Source of the DNA: a virus
Direction: 5' to 3' (one strand)
DNA length: 64,000 bases
IMG/VR virus record: IMGVR_UViG_3300005688_000028
Span: 1-64,000 of that record
In this document: piece by piece, positions 8,789 to 17,909 of the stretch
Numbering within the stretch: position 1 is the first letter of the stretch
Layout of the letters: every line of letters begins with the position of its first letter
The notes under the pieces: generated by a model
Told to the model about the DNA's origin: nothing
The model's database searches: none
Seen by the model: the letters and a program-made list of their open reading frames with translations, nothing else
Translations under genes and position numbers: made by a program

Positions 8789-9864
8789 GCCGGCACCGGG
8801 CAGTAGTTGGGTCGGGCGGGGCCGCCGCCCATGAGGGCGAGATCCATGAGGGCCGTCGATCCGCCAGTGGAATTGGTGGACACTAGTGCGTGGTTGAAGA
8901 CCCGGGTCGTGAGGTTCGGCACGTTCGCGCCGCTGATGGTCTGGTCGTAGACCTTGTTCCCGCTCACCAGCTCCCAGATCACGAAGCGGACCGCGTCGTC
9001 GGCCGTGTAGTCGATGTCCCAGACGTAATAGGTGCCGTTTGAGAGCACCGCGCTGGCTCCCGCCGGGGTCTCGCTCGTGTTGTTGCGCACCTTCGCGGTG
9101 ACGGTGAGGTCGACCACCTCGAAGAAGACGCCATCGGTCGGCGCGGCCTTCGTGGTCGTGTCGTGATAGCCGAAGCGGTGAGTGGTGTTGGCGTTGGCGT
9201 AGACCAGTGCGAGGATGCGGAAGGCCAGCCCGCTCTTGCCCTGATACGAGGTCGGGGTGACGAATCGGTAGCCGCTGTTCGCGCTCCCGCTGGAAGAGCA
9301 GCGGGCGGCGCCCGGCGACTGCGTCGGCCCGAGGATGGAGGTGACCGAGCCGCCGTTGACGGCCGCGCCCGTCCACGGAAAGCCATTGGTCCCGCCGATG
9401 AACGCGACGAAAGTCCACTGCGACTCAGCGAAGGTCAAGTTTGGTCCGGCCGGTCCTTGCGAACCCGTGGCCCCCGTCGCCCCTGCCTGCCCCTGTGGCC
9501 CGTCGGGACCGACGGGGCCTTGGATTCCCTGTGGCCCGATGAGCGACACGCCCGAGCCCCACGCGCCCGCCGTCTTAGGGCCGTAGAGTCTCGATGCGGC
9601 CGTGTCGAGGTAGAAGTCGCCGTTCTCGCCGAGCCCGCTCGACGGCGCCCCCGCGCCCGAGAGGATGGTCCGGCCGTCCACACCAGCGGGTCCGGGGTCT
9701 CCGGGCGGCCCCTGCTCTCCGGCCTCGCCCTGCGCGCCTTGGAGCCCCTGCTCGCCCGCTGGCCCTCGCGGACCGACGCGGCCGACGTTCACCTTGACGA
9801 CGGTTGGTGGGGCCGTCTGGACGACGGTCACGGTGTCCCGGTGGGTAATGGTGGTGGTGCTCAC
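8785..9864 (-). CDS. collagen-like fibre protein with C-terminal beta-sandwich
   Basis: GXY repeats flanking GAGAPSSGLGENGDFYLDT...YGPK. Confidence 0.85.
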   Translation of the reverse strand: MSTTTITHRDTVTVVQTAPPTVVKVNVGRVGPRGPAGEQGLQGAQGEAGEQGPPGDPGPAGVDGRTILSGAGAPSSGLGENGDFYLDTAASRLYGPKTAGAWGSGVSLIGPQGIQGPVGPDGPQGQAGATGATGSQGPAGPNLTFAESQWTFVAFIGGTNGFPWTGAAVNGGSVTSILGPTQSPGAARCSSSGSANSGYRFVTPTSYQGKSGLAFRILALVYANANTTHRFGYHDTTTKAAPTDGVFFEVVDLTVTAKVRNNTSETPAGASAVLSNGTYYVWDIDYTADDAVRFVIWELVSGNKVYDQTISGANVPNLTTRVFNHALVSTNSTGGSTALMDLALMGGGPARPNYCPVPA

Positions 9865-10265
9865 GATGCGGCCTTCGTGGTCTCGACCGAGATCAGCGCC
9901 TTGCCCTGGATGCGACGGTCCACGCGGGTCGTGTCGAGCGGGTCATAGAGCTCGACGTCATAGTGGCACTCGACGAGGTCGTCCGCGCTCTTGCGAATGC
10001 CGAAGTTGTAGCTCGCGAGCGCGGCCGGGAGGCACTCAACACGCCACTTGGCGGTCGGGGCGCCGACCAGCGTGACGACCAGCGCGCCCACAACCGATGG
10101 CGCTCCGGGCTTCACCCGGATCTGCCCTCGCCCGAGAAGGCCGGTGCAGTCGTATGGTTCGCCTTCGTCGTCGGCGAGCTCGAACTCGAACGATTCGTAG
10201 CTGCCTTGGCGGATCGTCCAGTCGAACGTTGCCGGGTCGCCCTGGCTCCAGTCATACGCCGCCAT
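9861..10265 (-). CDS. BppU-like fibre adaptor/structural protein
   Basis: IRQG...YDCTG...GQIR...YDVEL...R.IQG pattern; precedes collagen fibre. Confidence 0.6.
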   Translation of the reverse strand: MAAYDWSQGDPATFDWTIRQGSYESFEFELADDEGEPYDCTGLLGRGQIRVKPGAPSVVGALVVTLVGAPTAKWRVECLPAALASYNFGIRKSADDLVECHYDVELYDPLDTTRVDRRIQGKALISVETTKAAS

Positions 10266-10268
10266 GTC

Positions 10269-10706
10269 TCACCTCGCCGCGAAGATGACGCCCAGCGTGA
10301 CCGCGAGGGTCACCGCCGCCGTCGTGGGGATGATGAAGCCCGGCCGCTCGTACCAGGCCGGGGGCTCGACGAGCTCGCGGGCGAGGCGCTCAGCGCGTTC
10401 CCTTGCGGCCTCGGAGGCGTCGATCTCCGCCTTGGCCTCGTCGCGGTCGACCTGTCGGCCCCGCTTCTCGGCTTCGAGGTCTGCGAGCGCCTTGTCCCGC
10501 TCGGCGATGGCGATGAGCCCGGCGGCCCGGTCTTCGAGGACCGCCATCGCGAGCGCAGAGGGCCAGAGCTCCCCGCCCCACGGCGCTCGGTCGCCCCGCT
10601 TGAGGTAGCAGGGGCGCTCGACCTCAGTGCAGGGGTCGGCGGCGCTTGCGCGTGTCGGATAGAGGACCAGCGCGAGGGCGACGAGGGCCGGGAGGGCGCG
10701 TGTCAC
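10269..10706 (-). CDS. membrane protein with signal peptide, coiled coil and C-terminal TM (spanin-like)
   Basis: ALVALALVL..ASA signal; PPAWYERP-TM; in lysis region. Confidence 0.5.
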   Translation of the reverse strand: MTRALPALVALALVLYPTRASAADPCTEVERPCYLKRGDRAPWGGELWPSALAMAVLEDRAAGLIAIAERDKALADLEAEKRGRQVDRDEAKAEIDASEAARERAERLARELVEPPAWYERPGFIIPTTAAVTLAVTLGVIFAAR

Positions 10707-10975
10707 GGAGTGGCCTGTCCGTTGGTGATGAAGCCGTGCCAGCACTCGGCCGTCTGGCCGGGCCGGCGGGCCACGATGGATGGGGTGAGCGTCAGCGTCT
10801 CGAAGGTGTCGCCCGTGCGCTTCCACGGCTTGCCTACTGCCGGACCGGGGTCAAACGGCGGGTCGACGAAGACCCATATGCGATGGTCGCCGCACTTCGG
10901 GCACAAGAAGGACACACCGGTTCGGTGGTCGAACTCGGTCACGAACTTGGGCTCGAGGTCGGCGAGGCGCTTCAC
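10703..10975 (-). CDS. DUF6527-like protein
   Basis: FLCPKCG...W...TLTPSI...CWHGFITNG. Confidence 0.7.
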   Translation of the reverse strand: MKRLADLEPKFVTEFDHRTGVSFLCPKCGDHRIWVFVDPPFDPGPAVGKPWKRTGDTFETLTLTPSIVARRPGQTAECWHGFITNGQATP

Positions 10976-11343
10976 GGCACCCTCCCAGCCTTCTTGTACT
11001 CGTCCCAGAGGCGCTGGCTCGCGTCCGTCACGGTCCCGGTCTCGCGGTGCTCCTCCCGCACGGCCTCAATCGCCCGCTCGGCGGCCTGGATGTCGACCCG
11101 GGCTTTGACCTCAGCCGCCGCCCGCTCGGTCTCGATGGCCGCGCGCTTCGTGTCGGCCTCGGCCTTCGCCTTGTCGACCTCGGCTTGGCGCTTGCGCTCG
11201 CTCGCGGCAAGGTCGGCCTCGAGGTCGGCGCGAGCCTCGGCACGCCGGCGGCCCTTGCGCTCGGTCAGCGCCCACCACACGGCGAGCGCCGCGAGGAGGA
11301 TTGCCGCCCATGCGCTCTTGAGCCATGCCCAGAGGCGGGTCAT
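10972..11343 (-). CDS. i-spanin-like protein (N-terminal TM plus coiled coil)
   Basis: WAWLKSAWAAILLAALAVWW followed by Ala/Glu/Lys helix. Confidence 0.55.
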   Translation of the reverse strand: MTRLWAWLKSAWAAILLAALAVWWALTERKGRRRAEARADLEADLAASERKRQAEVDKAKAEADTKRAAIETERAAAEVKARVDIQAAERAIEAVREEHRETGTVTDASQRLWDEYKKAGRVP

Positions 11344-11561
11344 GCTGGCCCGCTTGTGGGGTTGAGGTTGTGGGGTTCGTCGAGGTTGTGGGGTTCGGGC
11401 TCGGGCCAGAGTGCGCCGCAGGCCACGAGCATCATGGCCGTGAGCGGGATGACGCGGGCGACGACCTGGCGGCCGGTGTCGAGGTCGCGGCATTCATCCA
11501 CGAACGGCGAGCCGTCACGCTCGTAGGCCATGTGCCCGGGTCCGACGAGGGCCAGGCTCAC
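11340..11561 (-). CDS. small hypothetical protein
   Basis: fills the gap with 4-nt overlaps on both sides. Confidence 0.4.
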   Translation of the reverse strand: MSLALVGPGHMAYERDGSPFVDECRDLDTGRQVVARVIPLTAMMLVACGALWPEPEPHNLDEPHNLNPTSGPA

Positions 11562-11929
11562 AGCGTCACCAGCCGCGCCACGACCGCGAGCACGATGAGG
11601 TGCGCGGCCTGGTCCTGCCAGAAGGCGACGTGTACCGCGATGGCATTGACCTCGGGCTTCTGGTCGATGCGCCATTGCTTCTGGCCCGTGAAGGTGCGCC
11701 ACCACACGAGCGGCTTGCGCGTGTCGATGAGCGCATGCGTCACCGCCACGATGAGCGCAGCCCAAACGGGCCACACGGCCACCATGCAGGCGAGGTGCAG
11801 GGCGAAGTGGACCCACGCGGCGGGGTACCGCAGGTTGGGCTTGTTGTCGGCTTGCCAGTCGTTCTGGAAGAACCAGTCGGCGATGAGGTGGGCGATGAGG
11901 CCGAGGATGAACAGGTCAGCGAACATCAT
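11558..11929 (-). CDS. DUF3307 family membrane protein
   Basis: AHLIADWFFQ..W.A..K...H...H...THALID...DQAAH. Confidence 0.85.
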   Translation of the reverse strand: MMFADLFILGLIAHLIADWFFQNDWQADNKPNLRYPAAWVHFALHLACMVAVWPVWAALIVAVTHALIDTRKPLVWWRTFTGQKQWRIDQKPEVNAIAVHVAFWQDQAAHLIVLAVVARLVTL

Positions 11930-12194
11930 CACCTCCGAGGCGCCTACGCGCCCACTTTTCGGCCAGCGGAGCGCTCGCGGCGAGGCCCGCGACGAAGCCG
12001 GCGGGCCAGCTATCCCAGCCGACGGCCCAGCCCCCGAGGAGGATACCGAGCCCGGCCGTGACGAGCGCCGAGAGCGCGATGACCTTGGCGTCGGTCTTGT
12101 GGCCCTTGCCCCACGCGACGAGGGCACGCCGGACCTGATAGCCGGCGAGGACCAGCGCCACGCCGAGGACGACCCAATAGACGGTCTCACTCAC
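11916..12194 (-). CDS. holin candidate
   Basis: 92 aa, about three TM segments, basic C-terminus (WARRRL). Confidence 0.5.
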   Translation of the reverse strand: MSETVYWVVLGVALVLAGYQVRRALVAWGKGHKTDAKVIALSALVTAGLGILLGGWAVGWDSWPAGFVAGLAASAPLAEKWARRRLGGDDVR

Positions 12195-12571
12195 GGCCGC
12201 TCCTTCATGTAGGGCCGCCCGAAGGTGGCCTGCTCGAGCGCCATGAGGCGCTGCTTGATCAGCAAGACGTCGGGCTTGAGGTTGTCGCGCCACTCCTTGA
12301 GGGCTTCGATTTGCGCGTCCTGCACCGCGTTGACCTTGGTGGAGTCCTCATGCTTCATCGTGAGGCCGGAAACGCTGGCCTTTACCTCGGCGACCGATTC
12401 GGCGACGGCCTTGATCTGGCTCGCGATGTTGCTTTGGGTGTCGCTGAGCTGCCAGGTCGTCGACAAGACCGCGACCAAGATGGAAAGGCCCATGACGGTC
12501 AGCTTCGCCTTGTCCCACCACGCCGCAGCGCGTGCGCCAAAACCTCGCATCTTTTCTTCGTCGGTCTGCAT
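12191..12571 (-). CDS. single-TM coiled-coil protein (holin/antiholin-like)
   Basis: one TM then heptad repeats; lysis cassette. Confidence 0.5.
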   Translation of the reverse strand: MQTDEEKMRGFGARAAAWWDKAKLTVMGLSILVAVLSTTWQLSDTQSNIASQIKAVAESVAEVKASVSGLTMKHEDSTKVNAVQDAQIEALKEWRDNLKPDVLLIKQRLMALEQATFGRPYMKERP

Positions 12572-13593
12572 CACGCCACCTCCCGCACCAATTCGGGCAC
12601 CGCCTCGACGACCGCCGGAAAGCCCGCGTGTCCGGTCAGAAGCTGCCCCTCGGCCCCGAAGCCGATGTAGAACACGATCTCGACGACACCCTTGGGCGGG
12701 TTGCGCACGATCGCCTTGATGGCCTTGAGGCTCCCAACCTGCCCGGTGCTCTTGTCGATCCGGCCCGAGGCCACATAGAGCGAGAGGTCGAGATCGCCCC
12801 ATGGCGCACGGTTCTTCGTGATGACGGCCCGCATGTCCGCCTCGGCCGACTGGTAGACCATCAGAGCGGCGCGGCGCACTCGGCTTGGCAGGTCCGCCGG
12901 GATCGTGTCGTCCTGGTGGCCGTCGCCATCGAGGTCGCTGTTGACGTAGTGCCCATCTGGATTGCCGAAGCCGAGGTAGTCGGCGAAGCACGTCCGAAGC
13001 TCGTCGTAGAAGGTCGAGAAGAAGCGGTCGATGTAGTCGTCGGCGAGCGGGTTGGCAAACCGCTTGTCGCCGCCCGCGCTCTTGCCGCGCCACACGTCCC
13101 GCTCGAAGTTGGCCCGGTAGACCTTGACCCGGATCGCCCGCTCGAGCGCGACGTCGGCGTCGTAGGTCATCCACTTGGCGTCGCCAGCTTCGCGTTGCTT
13201 GTCCCGCCAGCGGGTGACGATCCAGAGGGCGGTGTCGCTGTCGCCGCGGCGCAGACGGGCGAGGACCGCCGCCTCAAGCGCCTTGATCCGCCTCACGACG
13301 GACTGCGCATCCTTCACGCCCTCGGGGCCGTCGGCCGTGGCCTTGTCGCCGTCGAAGCGGCCTTCCCAGGAATGAACCGCGACGTCGCCGCCGAGCTCCC
13401 ACGTCCATTGGGCGAGGTCGGCAAGCGCCTCGAACTCGGCGCCGAACAGACCGCTCGGGAGGCGCAGGTCGAGGCACGAGATCCCCGCGTCGAGGAGGCG
13501 CTTGACCCCTTCGCGGCCCAACGTGTCGCGGCACTTGACCATGTCGACGAGGGCCACGGAATAAGTGATGCCGGTAGGCGTGGGGTCGCTCAT
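12571..13593 (-). CDS. putative endolysin of unrecognised family
   Basis: first gene of the lysis cassette, with its own late box; alternating beta/alpha pattern; no known catalytic motif recognised. Confidence 0.4.
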   Translation of the reverse strand: MSDPTPTGITYSVALVDMVKCRDTLGREGVKRLLDAGISCLDLRLPSGLFGAEFEALADLAQWTWELGGDVAVHSWEGRFDGDKATADGPEGVKDAQSVVRRIKALEAAVLARLRRGDSDTALWIVTRWRDKQREAGDAKWMTYDADVALERAIRVKVYRANFERDVWRGKSAGGDKRFANPLADDYIDRFFSTFYDELRTCFADYLGFGNPDGHYVNSDLDGDGHQDDTIPADLPSRVRRAALMVYQSAEADMRAVITKNRAPWGDLDLSLYVASGRIDKSTGQVGSLKAIKAIVRNPPKGVVEIVFYIGFGAEGQLLTGHAGFPAVVEAVPELVREVA

Positions 13594-13626
13594 GCCCGTC
13601 ATGCTCGACGAGGCGGCCCCGAAAGC

Positions 13627-13636
13627 GTGAACCTTC
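13627..13636 (-). promoter_or_regulatory. late-promoter box variant GAAGGTTCAC
   Basis: 33 nt upstream of ATG 13593; AGCAT -10-like element. Confidence 0.55.
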
Positions 13637-13639
13637 GCA

Positions 13640-14446
13640 CTATCCGTTGCGAGCCCGCCTGAACTCCACCCTGAAGCCCGGAGGGACCAGCATCCGACTC
13701 GCGACCGCCGCGACCTCGCGCAAGACGGTGGTTCCGACGAGGTAGAGCGGCCACGGGCCGGTCGTCTGGTTGCCCTCTTCGGCCGCGTTCTCCTGCACGG
13801 CGCCGCCCTTGGGCTGGCCCACGGGCCGGGTGGCGCCCGAGTCCTGCATGTAAGTTGGGGGCGTCGCGGAGACTACGCCCCCGTGCATCATCACCCGGAC
13901 GAGCGCCGCCGCGCCGGGCCGGATTCCGTTGGGCGTCACCACGCCGCGCTCATCCGAGGCCGGGGTCGGCTCGTGAACCTCGAACGCCAGGATCTCCGCG
14001 CCCTCGACGATCAGGCTCGATCCGAGAATCGACCAGTCCGCCCGGTCCCAATAGGCCGTCGCGAAGGGAAGAAGCTCCACCTGAGAGCTCGACGTGTAGG
14101 ACGCGATCTTGAAGAGCCCCACGCCCGGGATTCGGAGCAGCCGGCCGGCGTGCTTCGCCGCGAACGTCCCCGACGGCGCGGTCACCCGTTGCGGGTTCGC
14201 GGGCGTAAGGGTGGCCGTGAAGCGGGTCGCGTATTGGGCCAGCGCGCCTTCGAGGAACGCTTGCAGCGTCGGGAACCGAATCGTTCGGCCGAACGCTGCG
14301 ACGAGGACGGCGCGCCGCCACGCCCACCGCTCGATGTAGTGGGGCCGCGGGTAGCCGTGCCGCGCCGCGAGCGCATCGAAGGCTTCGCCCTCAGCCTTGT
14401 GGAGCAGGGTGTCGTTGATGGCCTCGCGGAGCTGCGACTGGAACAT
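13640..14446 (-). CDS. baseplate wedge (tail protein I-like)
   Basis: AEGEAFDALAARHG.PR....W..RR.V pattern; downstream of baseplate J. Confidence 0.55.
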   Translation of the reverse strand: MFQSQLREAINDTLLHKAEGEAFDALAARHGYPRPHYIERWAWRRAVLVAAFGRTIRFPTLQAFLEGALAQYATRFTATLTPANPQRVTAPSGTFAAKHAGRLLRIPGVGLFKIASYTSSSQVELLPFATAYWDRADWSILGSSLIVEGAEILAFEVHEPTPASDERGVVTPNGIRPGAAALVRVMMHGGVVSATPPTYMQDSGATRPVGQPKGGAVQENAAEEGNQTTGPWPLYLVGTTVLREVAAVASRMLVPPGFRVEFRRARNG

Positions 14447-15105
14447 CACGCCTCCCGGCGCGTGCGCGCCTCGCCAACGAGGTTCATCGGGCTCGTGGCG
14501 ATGAGCCCGCGATCGAGGACCATGCCCTTGAAGAGACCGTCGCCGGGCCACCAATGCGCGGGGCCATCCTCGCCGCCGGTGTAGTCCCCGGTGTTCTCGC
14601 GGAGGTCGTGGGTCCGGCCTGCGGTGAAGATGCTCGATACCTCGTCGGCGCTCAGGGCGCGGTCCCAGATCGCCAAGTGAGCGAGGTCGAAGTCCGGGGC
14701 GTCGCCCTGATCATCACCCGCCATGACAAACGAGCCTGCGGCGAAGGTGCCGGTGGGCGCGTCTTCCCCTTCCAACTCGCCTTGCACATAGAGCTGCGCC
14801 GCGCCAATGCCATCCGAGACGAGCGCGACGTGGTTCCAGCCCGCTTCGAGGTCAACCGCCGCCGCAATAGTCGTCTCGCCCTCAGCGTCGTTGACGACGG
14901 TCGCCACAATCACCCCGCCAGCCCGCTTCAACTCCACCACTGGGAACGCTGCATCGGTCACGCCCACGACCACGAATCGCTTGTTCACGGTGAGGCCGCG
15001 GACCCAGCAGGCGATTGTCCAGTCGACCATGGCGCCGCCCGGCAAGATGATGCTCGCGGCGTCGCCGTTGGCGGTTCTGGCGTTGCTCTGGCGCGTCACG
15101 GCCAT
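14446..15105 (-). CDS. LamG/ConA-like domain virion protein
   Basis: WTIACWV...GWNHVALV...LYVQG...HLAIWDRALSADEV. Confidence 0.85.
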   Translation of the reverse strand: MAVTRQSNARTANGDAASIILPGGAMVDWTIACWVRGLTVNKRFVVVGVTDAAFPVVELKRAGGVIVATVVNDAEGETTIAAAVDLEAGWNHVALVSDGIGAAQLYVQGELEGEDAPTGTFAAGSFVMAGDDQGDAPDFDLAHLAIWDRALSADEVSSIFTAGRTHDLRENTGDYTGGEDGPAHWWPGDGLFKGMVLDRGLIATSPMNLVGEARTRREA

Positions 15106-15108
15106 GCG

Positions 15109-15837
15109 TTACAGGTCCAGATAGGTGATGCCGCGGAACCAGTCGGGCGGCGGGTTGTCGGGTGGCGGCTCAGGGGCCAGCGGTCCATCGTCGGCTGCTC
15201 CTGCGGTGTCGTCGGCGACCACGAGGGTCCCGACGCCCAGCGGCTCGATCGTCTCGTGTTGCGGGGTCACGCCTTCGAGGCTTCCCGAGGTCCGGCTCGT
15301 GTAGGTGAACCGCATTGGCCCCACGAAGACCGCCCCATCTTCGCCGAAGGGGAGCGTCGAGGTGAGCACGAGCCGGGTGTCGCCGGGCGTCCACGCCAAG
15401 AGGAGGCGGCTTGCGCCGCGCCCGCTCTGGCGCTGGAACTCGCGCCCGAGGACCGAGAGCAGGTTCCGCACCGGAAGGCGGCCCGTCGGAACCGGGGTGT
15501 CGGTCCACGTCTCGACGAGGCCAACGGGCACCGTCACGAGGTCGGGATCGGGGCCGATGAGCCCGCCCGAGGGTGGGGTGGTGACCTCGGGGCCGGCGAC
15601 CCGATAGGTCGCCCCCGGCGTCACCTGCGGATGCACCGTCAGGGTGGCCTCATAGGCCCCCGTGAGGGCGACCGCGACCACGACGGGGCGTTGCCCGAGG
15701 CCCGACACCCGCGAGACGGTCCACGCGGCCGGGTCGAGGATCCCCGGGTCCACGTCCGGGTCGAGCCCCTGATCGGTGCCGACCACAAGGGTCTTGCGGC
15801 TCGGGGCCGACACGGAGACGATGACGGCGAGGCTCAT
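15109..15837 (-). CDS. putative virion protein
   Basis: beta-rich; coupled in the baseplate operon. Confidence 0.55.
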   Translation of the reverse strand: MSLAVIVSVSAPSRKTLVVGTDQGLDPDVDPGILDPAAWTVSRVSGLGQRPVVVAVALTGAYEATLTVHPQVTPGATYRVAGPEVTTPPSGGLIGPDPDLVTVPVGLVETWTDTPVPTGRLPVRNLLSVLGREFQRQSGRGASRLLLAWTPGDTRLVLTSTLPFGEDGAVFVGPMRFTYTSRTSGSLEGVTPQHETIEPLGVGTLVVADDTAGAADDGPLAPEPPPDNPPPDWFRGITYLDL

Positions 15838-16382
15838 CCGAACCCCCGGGTCGCCCACGCGGCTTCCTGGCTCACGTCGGCCGGGACCACGAGCAGCATC
15901 TCGGGCGCGACGGTGACGCTCACGCCCTCATCCCACTGGAGCCGAATCCCATAGGCGCCTTGCGGCAGCTTGGGCAGGGTGAAGCTCAGGAACTCCCGGG
16001 AGCGGTTGGTCATGCAGGCGTCGAGAGCGCCCGCGCGCGCGGCGTAGCAGCCGCGTCGGTTGTTCGGGGGCCACCGCTTCCCGTTGGCGTCCACGAGGCG
16101 CACGATGTACGGCCCGCGACTCGGGAAGCCCCCGGGGGCGTATAGGCGCACGAGCGCCCCGCCGTCATCGCCGAACTCGCCGGTGTCGCTGAGCACCGCG
16201 AAGGCGAACGCCGGGGCGGCCGGCGGGTCCGCGTCGGCGGACATGGCGCCGCCCGTTGGCGAGCCGAAGCCCGTGCCGTTGTAGGCGTACTCCGAGCCGT
16301 CGAAGGTCGACGGGTGGCCGAAGCCGGGCTCCCAGATCGGGGAGAGTGGCGAGCCGTCGAAGCTGGTCGGAGCGCCGAACAT
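15834..16382 (-). CDS. putative virion protein
   Basis: FGxP..FDGS repeats; Ig-like C-terminal half; coupled. Confidence 0.55.
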   Translation of the reverse strand: MFGAPTSFDGSPLSPIWEPGFGHPSTFDGSEYAYNGTGFGSPTGGAMSADADPPAAPAFAFAVLSDTGEFGDDGGALVRLYAPGGFPSRGPYIVRLVDANGKRWPPNNRRGCYAARAGALDACMTNRSREFLSFTLPKLPQGAYGIRLQWDEGVSVTVAPEMLLVVPADVSQEAAWATRGFG

Positions 16383-17899
16383 CAGGGCTTCTTCTTGTGG
16401 ACCGTGACGCGGATGAAGTTGAGGCTGATTTCGCCCAGGGCGGTCGGGCTCTGCGCCATCGCCTTGATGTCAATGTCGCCCGAGTAGTCGTCAGCGCGAA
16501 CGTTGACGCCCGCGAACTGGCTCGCGGCGCCCACCGAAGCCGCTGCGGCACCGGGGCCTTCGAGGACGTTGCAGACGTAGCTCTGCGAGTTGGGGCCGAC
16601 GCCGATGATGGTGATTCGGTAGCGGAACTCGATGAGGACGGCGGCCGTCGTCGTGGTGTGCGTCAGGATGTTGGCGCCTTCCACCTGAAGCCAAGCCGTC
16701 TTGGAGTTGGTGTTGTTGGCGCACGAAAAGCGCATGTAGACGTCGATGAAATCACCGACGGCGCCGATGGTCCCGCCCGGGATCGTGAAGTCTCGCAGGC
16801 TCTCGGGCGTGGTCCCTGTCGTGGCCGCTGCCAGATACTCGCTCAGGATCGCCCGGTCGTAGCCGTCGACCAGCCCGTCTTTGATAAGCAGACCATCGAT
16901 CGTGACACCCGCCGCCGCCGTGGCTTCGTTGATGGTGTCGGTCTGGATGACCTCGGCCTTGAGGTCGTAGGTGTGCGTTCCGCGCCCCTTGACCTCGATG
17001 CCTGCATTGTTCGTGTCCGACTGGATGATGTCGGTCCGAAGGTCTGCGTCGTGAGTCCCGCGCCCCCGCACGGTCACCTGGCCGTTCGTCGAGCGCGACT
17101 GTATCCAGTCCGTGGTCAGGTCGGATTCTGCCGCAAGGCCGCCGCTGATTTCGACGGCGCCGTTCTTCAGGTGGACCTTGGAGAAGCCGGATCCCAGCGT
17201 GGCGAGCCGGTTGAGGATGATGTCTTTGTCGGCCACGCCGTTGAGGTGGGCGCAAGTGTTCGAGTCGTAATCGCCCGTCAGGACCGCCGGAGTCGACGGG
17301 AACGCGCTGTTGACGAGCTCGATGTCGCCCGTCACCGTGAGGTCGCCGATCTCGGTCTCGGGGATCGTCTCGTGCGTGTGGAGCGCGCTCGCGTCCGAGG
17401 TCGAGCCCGCAAGCAGCGGCGCCACGTCGCCTGCGAGCTCATCCACGAGCCCGACGAAGTCCCCAAACTTCGCCCGCCAATTGCGCTCCCACGCGGACGG
17501 GATCTCCGCGTCCAGGTGCTCGGTCTTCACCGACACCACCACGAAGGCCGAATCCGGGGCCGCACGCGGGTCCGCGACGCTCACATACTCGGCGTTGTCC
17601 TCGTGCTCCCACGGGTCCGGCGTGAGGCCCGCATCGAAGCGGTTGTCGGCCACCTGCACGAAGACGATCACCCCGCCCGGGGTGTCGATGTCGGTGAGGT
17701 TCGGGTTCGCGATGGCGTTGTTCGAGAGCGCCGCACTCGAGCTCGTGGGCTTGTCGAGGATCCACGACCGATAGTGCGTGATGCTCGACCCACCCGTGCC
17801 CGGGGTGCCGCTGAACGAGAGCGCCTGCGAGGCTACGGGCAGGTCCGTGAAGGGCTTTGCGGCGGGCCATGTTCCGGCGATTGCGATGGGTCGGGCCAT
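16382..17899 (-). CDS. tail fibre / receptor-binding protein
   Basis: N-terminal PKD-like W....P..S.A.L; internal (V/I).V.GRGTH..DL..D.IQ.D repeats. Confidence 0.65.
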   Translation of the reverse strand: MARPIAIAGTWPAAKPFTDLPVASQALSFSGTPGTGGSSITHYRSWILDKPTSSSAALSNNAIANPNLTDIDTPGGVIVFVQVADNRFDAGLTPDPWEHEDNAEYVSVADPRAAPDSAFVVVSVKTEHLDAEIPSAWERNWRAKFGDFVGLVDELAGDVAPLLAGSTSDASALHTHETIPETEIGDLTVTGDIELVNSAFPSTPAVLTGDYDSNTCAHLNGVADKDIILNRLATLGSGFSKVHLKNGAVEISGGLAAESDLTTDWIQSRSTNGQVTVRGRGTHDADLRTDIIQSDTNNAGIEVKGRGTHTYDLKAEVIQTDTINEATAAAGVTIDGLLIKDGLVDGYDRAILSEYLAAATTGTTPESLRDFTIPGGTIGAVGDFIDVYMRFSCANNTNSKTAWLQVEGANILTHTTTTAAVLIEFRYRITIIGVGPNSQSYVCNVLEGPGAAAASVGAASQFAGVNVRADDYSGDIDIKAMAQSPTALGEISLNFIRVTVHKKKP

Positions 17900-17909
17900 G
17901 GGCTCCCCC

